The translations under genes and the position numbers were made by a program. Shown here one piece after another: positions 1 through 9,400 of a DNA stretch of 41,426 nt. The stretch is from a virus (lineage: Duplodnaviria; Caudoviricetes). The DNA lies in IMG/VR virus record IMGVR_UViG_3300027533_000050, positions 1 through 41,426 of that record; one strand, 5' to 3'. Position 1 is the stretch's first letter. Every line of letters starts with the position of its first letter. The notes beneath the pieces are model-generated. The model had not been told where the DNA came from and did not search any database. It worked only from the letters and a program-made list of their open reading frames with translations.

Positions 1-459
1 TTCAGGAGACTCAACTTCCCGGGCAGCCAGGTAGCAGTCCCTACCACTGACTCTGTGGACGGGTCCTGGACTGACCAGGCGGGCGGAACTAGCCTCTTTG
101 CTGCCATCGACGAGACAGTGCCATCAGACTCTGACTACATCCGATCGCCGATAGGACCTGCAAACTCGGGCTGTCGAGTGAAGTTAGCTACGCTCGCTGA
201 TCCTACGTCCTCGGACGATCATAGGATCCACTGGCGGACTGGCAAGGACTTTGTCGGGGGCCCACAGATCAATATGACGGTGAAGCTGTACCAGGGCGGA
301 GGCGACTCACTGGGTGCTGGCACGCTGATCGCTACCTTTGCTCGCAATAACGTCGGTCAGGCTCTGACGACCTTTGTGGAATCACTATCGGGCGCGGAGG
401 CTGATGCGATAACGAACTACGCTGACCTGTACCTCGAATTCTTCGCCAACCAGGTGTAA
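1..459 (+). CDS. Virion structural/fibre-associated protein, 5'-truncated by window edge
   Basis: Frame is open from base 1 (FRRLNFPGSQVAVPTTDSVDGSW...). Beta-rich G/S/T/D sequence ending LSGAEADAITNYADLYLEF, directly upstream of the repeat fibre gene. Confidence 0.55.
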   Translation, partial: FRRLNFPGSQVAVPTTDSVDGSWTDQAGGTSLFAAIDETVPSDSDYIRSPIGPANSGCRVKLATLADPTSSDDHRIHWRTGKDFVGGPQINMTVKLYQGGGDSLGAGTLIATFARNNVGQALTTFVESLSGAEADAITNYADLYLEFFANQV

Positions 460-465
460 CGTAGC

Positions 466-3177
466 GTGGCTATTGCCTATACCGCCACCGGGCAGCAAGT
501 AGGTGTTGCAACTGAGACGAGTGGAGCGGCGTGTTCGCCTCTAAGCCCGTCTACAGTCAATGCGGGCGATATTCTCATCATCCACACTTACTTCGAGGGC
601 ACGGCTACAGCTCCCGATACGCCCTCAGGCTTCACGCTACTCGATGGCCCGCGTGTTATCGAGTCTACGATCAGCCGACATTGGATCTACGGCAAAGTCG
701 CAGATGGCACTGAAGACGGCGCTGCTAACGCGCTCGGCTCACAGGCTGTCACGACGATGCGGTCTGGTCGTGTGTACCGATTCACTGGCCGCATTTCAGG
801 GGCTATCGCAGACCTGGTCAATGGATTCTCGGCTACATCTCATGCTACTGACCCGCAGATGCCGTCGGTTACAACGACCGCTGCCGGTGCTCTTGCCTGT
901 GCGTGTGTGGCGCAGAATGATAACAACGCTCTTGCGGCTGCTACTGGCATGTCAGGTGGCACCTGGGCTGAGGCGACTGCTGAGTTTGTAGCAGCACTGG
1001 CGCCGGGCCTAGTTCTTCAACTTCAGACTTGTACGCCCACAGCTGATCCGGGCACGGTGTCTGGTGGTGCCGTCGCCGCTGCTAACGATCCCTCTGGCGT
1101 TATCGGCTTCCAGATTCGTGACAGTGCACCAGTGATTCTTACACCTTCTGGTGTGGTGCATACGCGGGCTTTCGGCACTGCTAAGATCAACCATACGCTC
1201 ACAGCCAATGCTCCGGTGATTCATGCGCGGGCTTTCGGTACTCCTGTTCTCCCGAAGCGAGGATTCGTTGCGTGGGTTCAGATGCAGGTACCGCCAGAGG
1301 CTGCGCAGGCTATATCGCCCACAGGTGTAGCTCATAGCCGCGGCTTTGGCACAGCTGTTGTAGTTCGTGGAGCAGTGATAGTAGCGCCAAGCAGCGTTGC
1401 TCATAGCCGCACGATTCCTAGCCCAGTAATAGTACGGACTATTCACCAGGCTTCGGTCGTACATGCTAGGGTGATTGGCACTGCTGTAGTAGTTTCCGGC
1501 GTAGTTACTATCGTCGAGACTTCGGTTATTCATACCCGAGCGTTTGGCACAGCTAAGATCAATCAAACCCTTACAACCACTGCCGTTGTCCATACTAGAG
1601 CGTTCGGTACGGCCACAGTTGGGGGCGTATTCCCGTCGGTAGCTTTCTCGGCAGGTACGCAGATCACTGCCGATACAGCTTCACCACACACCGTCACTAT
1701 GCCCACAGGCATACAGGCGGGCCATCGGCTACTGGCTTTCTTTGTCGTAGATGGCGATCATAACATCTCGTGGCCTGCTGGGTGGACTGAGATTGGACAA
1801 CTGGCATCTGGTGGTACTGTCACTGGCTCTGTCGCTGAACGTATTGCTGACGGTGGTGAGGGTAGTACTATTCAGGTGTCCTTTGACGGGGGTATCTCAG
1901 AGGAGTCAGTATGTATGATCCTCCGTGTAGTCGATGTAGACTCAGCACAGGCTTCTGAAGTTGCTAGCGCTAGCGGCTCTTCTACATCACCTGACCCCCC
2001 GGTACTAAACCCCACAGGTTGGGATATTAGAAACACTCTGTGGATAGTCTTCATTGCCACAGACAACTCAGTGGAAGTCACTGCTAGTCCAACTAATTAT
2101 ACCACAATTGACTCCCTCAACTCTGGCGGTGCGACAGGTGTTGGTCTTGGTTGGGCGGTGCGTCAGCTTGCTGCTGCTAGCGAGAATCCAGATACTGGTA
2201 CGATAGCCTCTTCAGATGATTGGGCTGCTTTCACTGTTGCTGTTACGCCACAGGGAGAAGCTGCTCAGCAAATAGCTCCATCTGGGGTTGTTCATACGAG
2301 AGCTTTTGGTACTGCTGTCGTAACTCGAGGCGCAGTCTCTATCACACCAAGCGGTGTAGTTCATGCCCGAGCCTTTGGTACAGCTGCTATCAATGCGAGA
2401 CGCGGGTTGGTGGCATGGGTTCAACTACAGACTCCCGCTGTTCTCGTTACTATCCTACCTAGCAGTGTTATTCACACCCGCGCGTTCGGTACTGCTAAGG
2501 TCTACTCGTCTAGAATCACACCAACCGGCGTAGTACATACACGAGCTTTCGGTACTACTAATGTTATCGGTACTCAAGCTGTTGCTCCTGTCTCGGTTAT
2601 TCATACACGAGCTTTCGGCACTACATTCGTAGGACTTGAGCCTCGAAAGGCTGCCGCTGGCTTTATCTGGTTGCACGGTGATGTAGAGTTTGGCTTGCTC
2701 GAAGTTCCATCAGTGATTCACTCCCGAGCTATTGGTACTGCTAGACTTCGTATGATGATAGTGGTACCATCTGTTGTGCATACAAGAGCCTTCGGTACTA
2801 CTATTATCGGAGCCTACATTATCCCCTTCTCAGTTATCCACATACGTGACTTTGGCTTGCCGCAACTGAACCACAATCTCACTGCCTCTAGTGTGATTCA
2901 TACAAGAGGCTTTGGTGGCCCCACTGTCGGCCACGGTCTAACTCTAGTTCAGACTACAAGTGTAGTGCATGGACGGACTTTCGGTACAGCTGTAGTAACA
3001 GTCTCAGTGTTTACTCAGTTCATCATCACCTCCTCCGTAATCCATACAAGAAATATCACGGGTCCACTAGTCACAAGGGCTGGTGATCCAGCGGTGAAGA
3101 AGCAGGGTGCTTTCGCAATGGAGTGGGGCGTTGATACGTTCCACCCAGGTGACGTAGAAGTAGAGGTTACAAACTGA
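466..3177 (+). CDS. Repeat-containing fibre/adhesin-like virion protein (903 aa)
   Basis: Two paralogous beta-rich domains (P..AGD/H.L, PS/AGF/WT, ADG.E, DP..P) alternate with blocks of ~20-aa (S/G)V(V/I)HxRxFGT repeats. Stop overlaps terL start (TGATG). Confidence 0.6.
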   Translation: MAIAYTATGQQVGVATETSGAACSPLSPSTVNAGDILIIHTYFEGTATAPDTPSGFTLLDGPRVIESTISRHWIYGKVADGTEDGAANALGSQAVTTMRSGRVYRFTGRISGAIADLVNGFSATSHATDPQMPSVTTTAAGALACACVAQNDNNALAAATGMSGGTWAEATAEFVAALAPGLVLQLQTCTPTADPGTVSGGAVAAANDPSGVIGFQIRDSAPVILTPSGVVHTRAFGTAKINHTLTANAPVIHARAFGTPVLPKRGFVAWVQMQVPPEAAQAISPTGVAHSRGFGTAVVVRGAVIVAPSSVAHSRTIPSPVIVRTIHQASVVHARVIGTAVVVSGVVTIVETSVIHTRAFGTAKINQTLTTTAVVHTRAFGTATVGGVFPSVAFSAGTQITADTASPHTVTMPTGIQAGHRLLAFFVVDGDHNISWPAGWTEIGQLASGGTVTGSVAERIADGGEGSTIQVSFDGGISEESVCMILRVVDVDSAQASEVASASGSSTSPDPPVLNPTGWDIRNTLWIVFIATDNSVEVTASPTNYTTIDSLNSGGATGVGLGWAVRQLAAASENPDTGTIASSDDWAAFTVAVTPQGEAAQQIAPSGVVHTRAFGTAVVTRGAVSITPSGVVHARAFGTAAINARRGLVAWVQLQTPAVLVTILPSSVIHTRAFGTAKVYSSRITPTGVVHTRAFGTTNVIGTQAVAPVSVIHTRAFGTTFVGLEPRKAAAGFIWLHGDVEFGLLEVPSVIHSRAIGTARLRMMIVVPSVVHTRAFGTTIIGAYIIPFSVIHIRDFGLPQLNHNLTASSVIHTRGFGGPTVGHGLTLVQTTSVVHGRTFGTAVVTVSVFTQFIITSSVIHTRNITGPLVTRAGDPAVKKQGAFAMEWGVDTFHPGDVEVEVTN
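1141..3075 (+). repeat. 18 protein-level repeats V(V/I)H(T/A/S)RAFGT in two blocks (7 + 11)
   Basis: Counted in the translation. Codons differ synonymously between copies. Confidence 0.9.
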
Positions 3178-4655
3178 TGGCACATAAGACCAAAATCCAG
3201 CGAGGCACCAAGGATATCCCGATTGGGTACAACCCCCTGCCGAAGCAAGCAGAAGCTCATGCACTCAAAGCTAAGTATCGCGGCTTCTGTGGTGGATGGG
3301 GTAACGGCAAAACGTCCTGGGGTTGCGTGGAGACATTCGTGAGGCTTATGGAGTATCCGGGTGCGAGAGCTATTGTGGCGCGTAAGACGCGGCCTGAGCT
3401 CAAGTCGACCACTTGGGATATGCTCCTGAACGGTGATCCGGGCCATCCTAATGCTTGGACGGGGCTACCAGCTGAGGCGATTGAGAGCTACAATAAGTCT
3501 GACTTGTATATCAAGCTGCGTAACGGTAGCGAGATATATGGGTTGCCACTCGATGACCCGAAGAAGATCGAGAACTATAACCTAGGGTTCTTCTGGATCG
3601 ACCAGGCTGAAGAGATCGAAGAGGAGATTTTCCTCAAGTTCCACGGTCGTCTTCGTCAGAAGATCGGTCCTCGCGAAGGTATTCTCACCTTCAACCCCGG
3701 CGGACACAACTGGCTGTGGAAGCGATTCTTCGATCCGAATCGACCCATTCGTTGGGTACCTCAGTACATATCCATCGAAGCTACCACATACGACAATCCG
3801 ACTCTACCAGATGACTACATCGACCAGTTCGATGGTCTACCTGAAGCGTGGATCCAGCGATTCCTTATGGGGTCACATGAGGTATTTGTCGGACAGATCT
3901 TTACCGACTTCGACCCAGATATCCACATCGTACAGCCATTTCATATCCCTTACTCTTGGCCTCGCTGGTGCTGTATTGATCCGGGCATTAGGCATGAGGC
4001 TGCGGTGTCGTGGATGGCTCAGGACTTTCTGGGCAACAAGTACTACTACCGCGAGCACCTTGCTGCGGGTCAGGACGTGTCATGGTGGTCTAATCTCATA
4101 CTTGACTTCGAGACTAGAGCTGACTGGGGCGGACCAGACGAGCAAATGTTCCGTAGGCTTATCGGACCTGAGGCTCGTCAGAGAGGACAGACTGACGGCA
4201 AATCGGTGCTGGACATATTCAACGAGAACTACATATACCCTGAGGCCGCTGATCGTAGTCCTGCTGCGCGTATCTCTGAGATCACTGCGCACCTACGACC
4301 GAAGACTGACCACAGGAATCCCTGGACGGGAGTGACTCCCGCTCCGCAGCTCTACATCTTCAGCGACTGCCACAAGATGATCGAGTACCTACCTCAGTAT
4401 CGCTGGAAGCCTCAGCGAATCAACTACGCTGAAGAGGACTTGCCTGAGGAGGTCAGAAAGAAAGACGACCACAACATCGACAACTGTGGCCACATCCTAG
4501 TGGCTATTGATAATACACCCGAAGTAAAGGAGGAGAGGCCGAGATCAGAGTCACCCGAACGTCGTGTACTCCGGGAGCTTGATGAGGAAGTCTACAAAGA
4601 AGCCGAAGCCCAGAAGTATGGTGAAGGCTACCACTCACTAGCAGGGAGGGTCTGA
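3177..4655 (+). CDS. terL: Terminase large subunit
   Basis: Adenine-binding PKQ, Walker A GGWGNGKT, Walker B region FFWIDQAEE, coupling motif TFNPG, nuclease CIDPG and DDHNID. Confidence 0.95.
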   Translation: MAHKTKIQRGTKDIPIGYNPLPKQAEAHALKAKYRGFCGGWGNGKTSWGCVETFVRLMEYPGARAIVARKTRPELKSTTWDMLLNGDPGHPNAWTGLPAEAIESYNKSDLYIKLRNGSEIYGLPLDDPKKIENYNLGFFWIDQAEEIEEEIFLKFHGRLRQKIGPREGILTFNPGGHNWLWKRFFDPNRPIRWVPQYISIEATTYDNPTLPDDYIDQFDGLPEAWIQRFLMGSHEVFVGQIFTDFDPDIHIVQPFHIPYSWPRWCCIDPGIRHEAAVSWMAQDFLGNKYYYREHLAAGQDVSWWSNLILDFETRADWGGPDEQMFRRLIGPEARQRGQTDGKSVLDIFNENYIYPEAADRSPAARISEITAHLRPKTDHRNPWTGVTPAPQLYIFSDCHKMIEYLPQYRWKPQRINYAEEDLPEEVRKKDDHNIDNCGHILVAIDNTPEVKEERPRSESPERRVLRELDEEVYKEAEAQKYGEGYHSLAGRV

Positions 4656-5020
4656 TGCACAAGGTAAGTCGTATGACGCAGACGCCCACTACATGTCTCG
4701 TCTGTGGTCGAGGTAACACGCCGGATGATCCGGATTCGATGGATGAGTTCTTCGCCATCGATATGGAGCGTGACGTGAACTGGGGTGACTCCACTTACGT
4801 CTGTAAGTACTGCTGTGCAGAGCTAGCTGAGCTGGCAGGGTATGTGGACATGGCGACGCTACAAGAGCAGATGAATACCAGCGAGGCTCTGAAACGGAAG
4901 CTTCATACCAAAACAGCTCAGCTCGAAGAGCGAGATCGTCGTCTCGAAGCAATTGCTGAGGGACGTAAGGCATTGAAGAAGACGCAGAAGAGGGCGGTAC
5001 GTAAGGAGGCGGCAGCGTGA
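4655..5020 (+). CDS. Hypothetical protein, Zn-finger (CxxC...CxxC) plus coiled coil
   Basis: CLVC and CKYC motifs, helical charged C-terminus, TGATG coupling to terL. Confidence 0.7.
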   Translation: MHKVSRMTQTPTTCLVCGRGNTPDDPDSMDEFFAIDMERDVNWGDSTYVCKYCCAELAELAGYVDMATLQEQMNTSEALKRKLHTKTAQLEERDRRLEAIAEGRKALKKTQKRAVRKEAAA

Positions 5021-5361
5021 TCTGGGTAGTAGTTTTCGTTTTGACAGTTTCGGTCGCGCTCAATGTGCTGTTGACTGTACTCGTCTTCACATCGTCTCAA
5101 CGTGGTGCGATATTGCTCGATCGGTCGCATGCTAGAACCGTCGAGTATACTGAAGACCTACTCAACCGATTGATGGTCCGCGACTGGACACAGTATGTAG
5201 ATATGAACGCCGTCGTGCCACAACTTGAAGAAGAGGAGGCAACTGTCATTCAATGGGAGCCTACACTAGGCCCTGATCGTGGGGGCTTTGGTAGTAGGTA
5301 TGGACTCGCCGCCTATGCAGCCCAGGATGAAGAGATAGATCCTGAGAAGGAGATGCAATGA
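5017..5361 (+). CDS. Hypothetical single-pass membrane protein
   Basis: N-terminal hydrophobic helix, GTGA overlap and AAGGAGG RBS. Confidence 0.7.
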   Translation: MIWVVVFVLTVSVALNVLLTVLVFTSSQRGAILLDRSHARTVEYTEDLLNRLMVRDWTQYVDMNAVVPQLEEEEATVIQWEPTLGPDRGGFGSRYGLAAYAAQDEEIDPEKEMQ

Positions 5362-7559
5362 GGGTAGGTGAAGTAAGAAGCGATAAGGACCTCGTCGAGG
5401 CCTGCGAGACCCTCCGCCAGGATCGTCTGAACACTCGTAGGCCTCAGGAAAAGATCTGGTGGGACAATATAGCCTTCTATGCGGGTGACCACTACTCGGA
5501 GTGGAACTCTCAGCGGGCTCAGTACTACGAGCCTAAGAAGGATCCTCACCAAGTACGGCTTGTGATCAACCAGGCTCGTGTGATCGTAAGGCAGGAGATC
5601 GCCAAGATCACAAAGTCAAGGCCTATCATGGACGTAGTTCCACGATCCAACGACGAGATAGATATCGCTGCTGCGAAGGTGGGCTCATTCGCTCTCGAGG
5701 CATGTGAGTTCAAGTTCAACCTCCGACGCAAGCGACGCGATGCAGTTCGGTGGATGGTGATCGCAGGTGTAGCTGGCTGCTACGTCGGCTACAACCCGAA
5801 TGACGATGCCGATGGCTTGATCGAGTTTTACCTCGACCCAGCTACTAAAGAGCCGACGTTCAACCTCCAGAGGATCGAGGAATTGAAGGATATGGAGGCT
5901 GAGGGCATCGAGGTGACAAAAGAGTCTTGGCCTCTAGGCGACATGGAGTTCAAGGTGTACTCTCCATTTCAGATGCTGCCGGACGACACAGTGCAGAACT
6001 GGAGTGATATCTCAGATATCATAGTCACCGATGTAGTAGAGATCGAAGAGGCTAAGGACCTGTGGCCGGGTGCTGCTTCGGAGATTCAACCTGACGCCAA
6101 TAAGGAGTCTAGCTTCTTTTCTCGAGTTCTCCGTCGAGCTGGTATGTCTGATAGTCCAGGCGATATGTCTGAGGATACAGTCAGTATCAATTCTTACTGG
6201 CTAAAGCCGGGTGTCTACAACGGTCAGTACCTCAGTCAGGGGAAGATGCTTCGTTGGTGCGGTCAGCGAACTGTTCTCGAGGTCCACGATGAGATACCGT
6301 TCAGCGATAAACGGCTACCATTCGCATTCTTCGTCCATACACCTAACCCGATCAGCATCTGGCCTGATACTACCCTGATGGATGTCTGTCCGATCAACTT
6401 GGAGCTGGACAAGACTATCAGTCAGCTCCTTGAGAACCGTGACTACATGGTCAATCCGATGTGGCGTAAGGCCAAGCAGACACAGGTCGCGCCGATCAAG
6501 TCTCAGCCGGGAGGTACTGTCGAGTATGTCCACGTTCGAGATGTTCCACCACCAGAGCAAATTCCGGGTATTCCCCTCCCGACTCAGATCGAGAACCTTG
6601 TTGTTGGACTCCGAGATATGGTCCTCGATGTATCCGGCTCTGGCGAAGTCTCGCGTGGTCGAGTTCCGTCAGGTGTTAGAGCGGGTAACATGCTCGCGTT
6701 CCTCCAAGAGCAGGACGAGACGCAACTCGGTCCTATCGTCGAAGACTTCGAGGATTCAATTGCTCTGATGGGTTCGATGGTGCTCTCACGCTACTCACAA
6801 TTCTACTCGACTGAACGGTTGCTACGGGCGTATCGTCCTGGGGGTCGTTCGGACGTGTTGAAGTTCAAGGGAGCTGACCTGAAAGGTAATACTGACGTGA
6901 TGGTTCAGGCTGGCTCTGCGTTGCCCAAGCTCAGAGCTGCGAAGCAGCAGTACGTCATGCAGCTCGTAGAGATGGGTATTCTGAAGGACCAGAAACGAAT
7001 CGAGGACTGGCTCGAACTTGGTGGGGCTGAACCCGATGAGGTGGATCTTGCGTTCCGTCAGGCTGACCGCGAGAACGATTACATGATGCGGGCAGCTCAG
7101 GGCGCACTTGGCCAAGACGAGCAAGGCATGTTCCAGCCAAGCGTTGAGGCTGCCGCTGAGCCTGGCGCGATGGAGGGCATGAGTGAACTCGCCGCAGCAT
7201 ATGGTGGTGAAGGAATTACTCCCGAAGGTGCACCCGAGGAGAATGGAGCACCACCGCAGCAGGGTGCCCAGTCGTTCGCTATGCCGGTTAAGAAGTGGCA
7301 TATACACGAGGCGCACATGGCACGGCATCGGCGGTTTATGATGGGGCCTGAGTTCGAGAGACTCGCCTTGACTCATCCAGACGTCGTCCGTATTTTCGAT
7401 GAACATGCAGCTATGCACGAGCAAGCGATCCAGGAGCAGATGCTGCAGCAAATGCAGATGATGGCGTTGGCGCAGGGTGGCCCGTCTGAGACTGCTCCGG
7501 ACCCAGCTGCACAGCCCACAGCGAACGCTCAGCCTGTGGCAATGCGATCGGGTGAATAG
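5358..7559 (+). CDS. Portal protein (podovirus/P22-like, 733 aa)
   Basis: Size and position between terL and scaffold. Motifs VINQAR..., SPFQMLPD, RGRVPSGVRAG, and a His-spaced helical, Gln-rich C-terminus. Confidence 0.9.
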   Translation: MRVGEVRSDKDLVEACETLRQDRLNTRRPQEKIWWDNIAFYAGDHYSEWNSQRAQYYEPKKDPHQVRLVINQARVIVRQEIAKITKSRPIMDVVPRSNDEIDIAAAKVGSFALEACEFKFNLRRKRRDAVRWMVIAGVAGCYVGYNPNDDADGLIEFYLDPATKEPTFNLQRIEELKDMEAEGIEVTKESWPLGDMEFKVYSPFQMLPDDTVQNWSDISDIIVTDVVEIEEAKDLWPGAASEIQPDANKESSFFSRVLRRAGMSDSPGDMSEDTVSINSYWLKPGVYNGQYLSQGKMLRWCGQRTVLEVHDEIPFSDKRLPFAFFVHTPNPISIWPDTTLMDVCPINLELDKTISQLLENRDYMVNPMWRKAKQTQVAPIKSQPGGTVEYVHVRDVPPPEQIPGIPLPTQIENLVVGLRDMVLDVSGSGEVSRGRVPSGVRAGNMLAFLQEQDETQLGPIVEDFEDSIALMGSMVLSRYSQFYSTERLLRAYRPGGRSDVLKFKGADLKGNTDVMVQAGSALPKLRAAKQQYVMQLVEMGILKDQKRIEDWLELGGAEPDEVDLAFRQADRENDYMMRAAQGALGQDEQGMFQPSVEAAAEPGAMEGMSELAAAYGGEGITPEGAPEENGAPPQQGAQSFAMPVKKWHIHEAHMARHRRFMMGPEFERLALTHPDVVRIFDEHAAMHEQAIQEQMLQQMQMMALAQGGPSETAPDPAAQPTANAQPVAMRSGE

Positions 7560-7586
7560 TAGTGCTAATCGTGCTAGGAGGAAGTA

Positions 7587-7673
7587 ATGCCGAAGAGTCC
7601 GGGCTCCTACAAAGGGGCACCGAAGATGAAGACTCACATCAAGGTAAGCAAGAAGGGAGGTAAGAAGACATGA
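7587..7673 (+). CDS. Small basic peptide MPKSPGSYKGAPKMKTHIKVSKKGGKKT (28 aa)
   Basis: AGGAGG RBS at 7576-7581, ATGA overlap with the next gene, fills the gap. Below the ORF-track cutoff. Confidence 0.7.
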   Translation: MPKSPGSYKGAPKMKTHIKVSKKGGKKT

Positions 7674-8224
7674 GCGAAGCAGTAGTAGCACCAGATGCTA
7701 CGACTGAGGAGGAGTTCGATGAGGAGCGCGTTGCAGCGCTTGTCTCAGAGCTCACCATCGGGGATTTGGAGCCTGTAATCGCTGAAGCAGGCCCTAGAAA
7801 ACTCGATGCTCTCGAGGCTGCAGAGAAGGAAGGCAAGGAGCGTGTCGGGGTCTTCGACTCCATCGAGAAGCGTCGTCAGGAACTTGCAGCGGTCGATGAC
7901 GAAGACGACGAAGATGAGGAAGAGGAAATTCCCGAAGCGCCAATCGACGAGATCAAACCGATCATCCGAGTAGGTGACTGGGTGACTCTCGGTCGAGGTA
8001 AAGGGATCCCCAATCACGTCGTCAACCTCGACGCGGTAGTCGAGCGAGCCAACGTCAAGCACTCCGAAGGTGGCGATACAATGTCACCGTCGGGCTACGA
8101 ATTCCAGGACGACTCCGACACATTCCTAGTCCGCGTCCGCAATACGGGTGATGTTCTCGAAGTCACCCGTGCGCAGATCGCCAACCACGGGACGCAACAG
8201 TCGGAGCTTGGGTTCCGGCCGTGA
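7670..8224 (+). CDS. Acidic head-region hypothetical protein (helical N-domain, SH3/KOW-like C-domain)
   Basis: GGAGG RBS. LDALEAAEKEGKERVGVF helical motif, acidic linker, then IRVGDWVTL. Confidence 0.7.
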   Translation: MSEAVVAPDATTEEEFDEERVAALVSELTIGDLEPVIAEAGPRKLDALEAAEKEGKERVGVFDSIEKRRQELAAVDDEDDEDEEEEIPEAPIDEIKPIIRVGDWVTLGRGKGIPNHVVNLDAVVERANVKHSEGGDTMSPSGYEFQDDSDTFLVRVRNTGDVLEVTRAQIANHGTQQSELGFRP

Positions 8225-8499
8225 GCGGCATCTTCGAGGATATCGACAAGGTGTTCGAGGTCTTGGACGACAAGATCGTCCGGACAGACCAGGGCTCCTT
8301 TATCAAAGTCGATGACCTCAAAGAGTTCCACAAGCAGGTCCGTGAAGCGAAGGCAGAAGAGCAAACTCGACCCCGCCCACGTTCATTCGCATCTGCGCGT
8401 GAGCAGGCGAAACGGGACCCGATGTTTGCCGAGCCGCCTCCTGCTCCGCGTGCACCCGCTCTCTCCAGCGTAAAAGGAGTAAGCACAGAGGAGGCATGA
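8221..8499 (+). CDS. Hypothetical protein carrying a copy of the scaffold C-terminal motif
   Basis: GTGA coupling. PRSFASAREQAKRDPMF matches scaffold PRSLAEARRLALADPMF. Confidence 0.7.
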   Translation: MSGIFEDIDKVFEVLDDKIVRTDQGSFIKVDDLKEFHKQVREAKAEEQTRPRPRSFASAREQAKRDPMFAEPPPAPRAPALSSVKGVSTEEA

Positions 8500-8500
8500 G

Positions 8501-9388
8501 ATGACGCTTCGTAATCTTTGGGGTCTTGAGTTGTTCTACTATGAGACCCCTGACAATGCCGGGGGAGCGACGCCCCCAGTGCCGGGTGCCGGTGAGGCAG
8601 CCCAGGGAGATCCTTCTGCATCTACGCCTTCGGGGGCGACACCACCCGTAGCAGATCAGGATCCACCGGGGCCGATTCCGTACGCCCGTTTTTCGGAGGT
8701 AAACAATCAGCGCCGTGCTCTTGAGGAGGAGGTCCAGCCATTCCGAGACCTCGTAGAGAGCGGCTATGATGCCGACAACCTCCAGCGGCTCGCCATGTGG
8801 GAGCAAGAGTATGTGCAGGACCCTGTCGGAACTTGGCTACGTACGGCAGAGCAGATCGATGGCCTACCAGACGAGGTAAAGGCAGCTATTGCGGCCGCCG
8901 GTGAGTCGGCTGCTAGCGCCCAAGGAACACCCCCAGCGGATGGGACTCCTCCTCAACAGGTCACTGCTAGTTCGGACGATGAACTCCGCAGGCAAGTGCA
9001 GGAACTCACAACTGACCGCGATGCTCGGCTCCAAAAAGAGCAGGAGGAAGCGATCAGTGCTTTCTACGATGGTTTAGTAGATGCCTGGAAAAAGATCGAC
9101 GTAGAGCAGGGGATCGTTACACCAGACGAGGCAATACACGCTCACCTGGCGGCAGCTTCGCCCAACGCGGCGCGAGCTGAAGATATCCTGAGAGACGGTC
9201 GTGAACGGTGGCTTGCTGTGCGTGAGGCAACTCTCGCTGGGGCCATTACAAAACCAGGCGCGGGTAGTACGGTGCCTCGATCGGTACCCGGCAGTGGCGG
9301 TGGTAACGCTCCTCCGGTTCAGCCGAGATCGCTCGCCGAGGCAAGACGATTAGCGTTGGCAGACCCCATGTTTTCCGACGCTCAATAA
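8501..9388 (+). CDS. Capsid scaffolding protein
   Basis: Disordered N-terminus, IPYARFSEVN motif typical of scaffolds, coiled coils, Gly/Pro linker and short C-terminal helix; lies upstream of the MCP. Confidence 0.85.
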   Translation: MTLRNLWGLELFYYETPDNAGGATPPVPGAGEAAQGDPSASTPSGATPPVADQDPPGPIPYARFSEVNNQRRALEEEVQPFRDLVESGYDADNLQRLAMWEQEYVQDPVGTWLRTAEQIDGLPDEVKAAIAAAGESAASAQGTPPADGTPPQQVTASSDDELRRQVQELTTDRDARLQKEQEEAISAFYDGLVDAWKKIDVEQGIVTPDEAIHAHLAAASPNAARAEDILRDGRERWLAVREATLAGAITKPGAGSTVPRSVPGSGGGNAPPVQPRSLAEARRLALADPMFSDAQ

Positions 9389-9400
9389 CGAGGAGGTGAC

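Noticed and set aside
1141-3075. Regularly spaced repeats as a possible CRISPR array or DGR template
   Set aside because: The repeats are conserved only at protein level inside one ORF. No identical DNA repeats, cas genes or reverse transcriptase.
6822-7691. 289-aa antisense ORF over the portal (and similar long antisense ORFs elsewhere)
   Set aside because: Shadow of a strongly codon-biased gene; no RBS and an implausible Leu/His/Arg composition.
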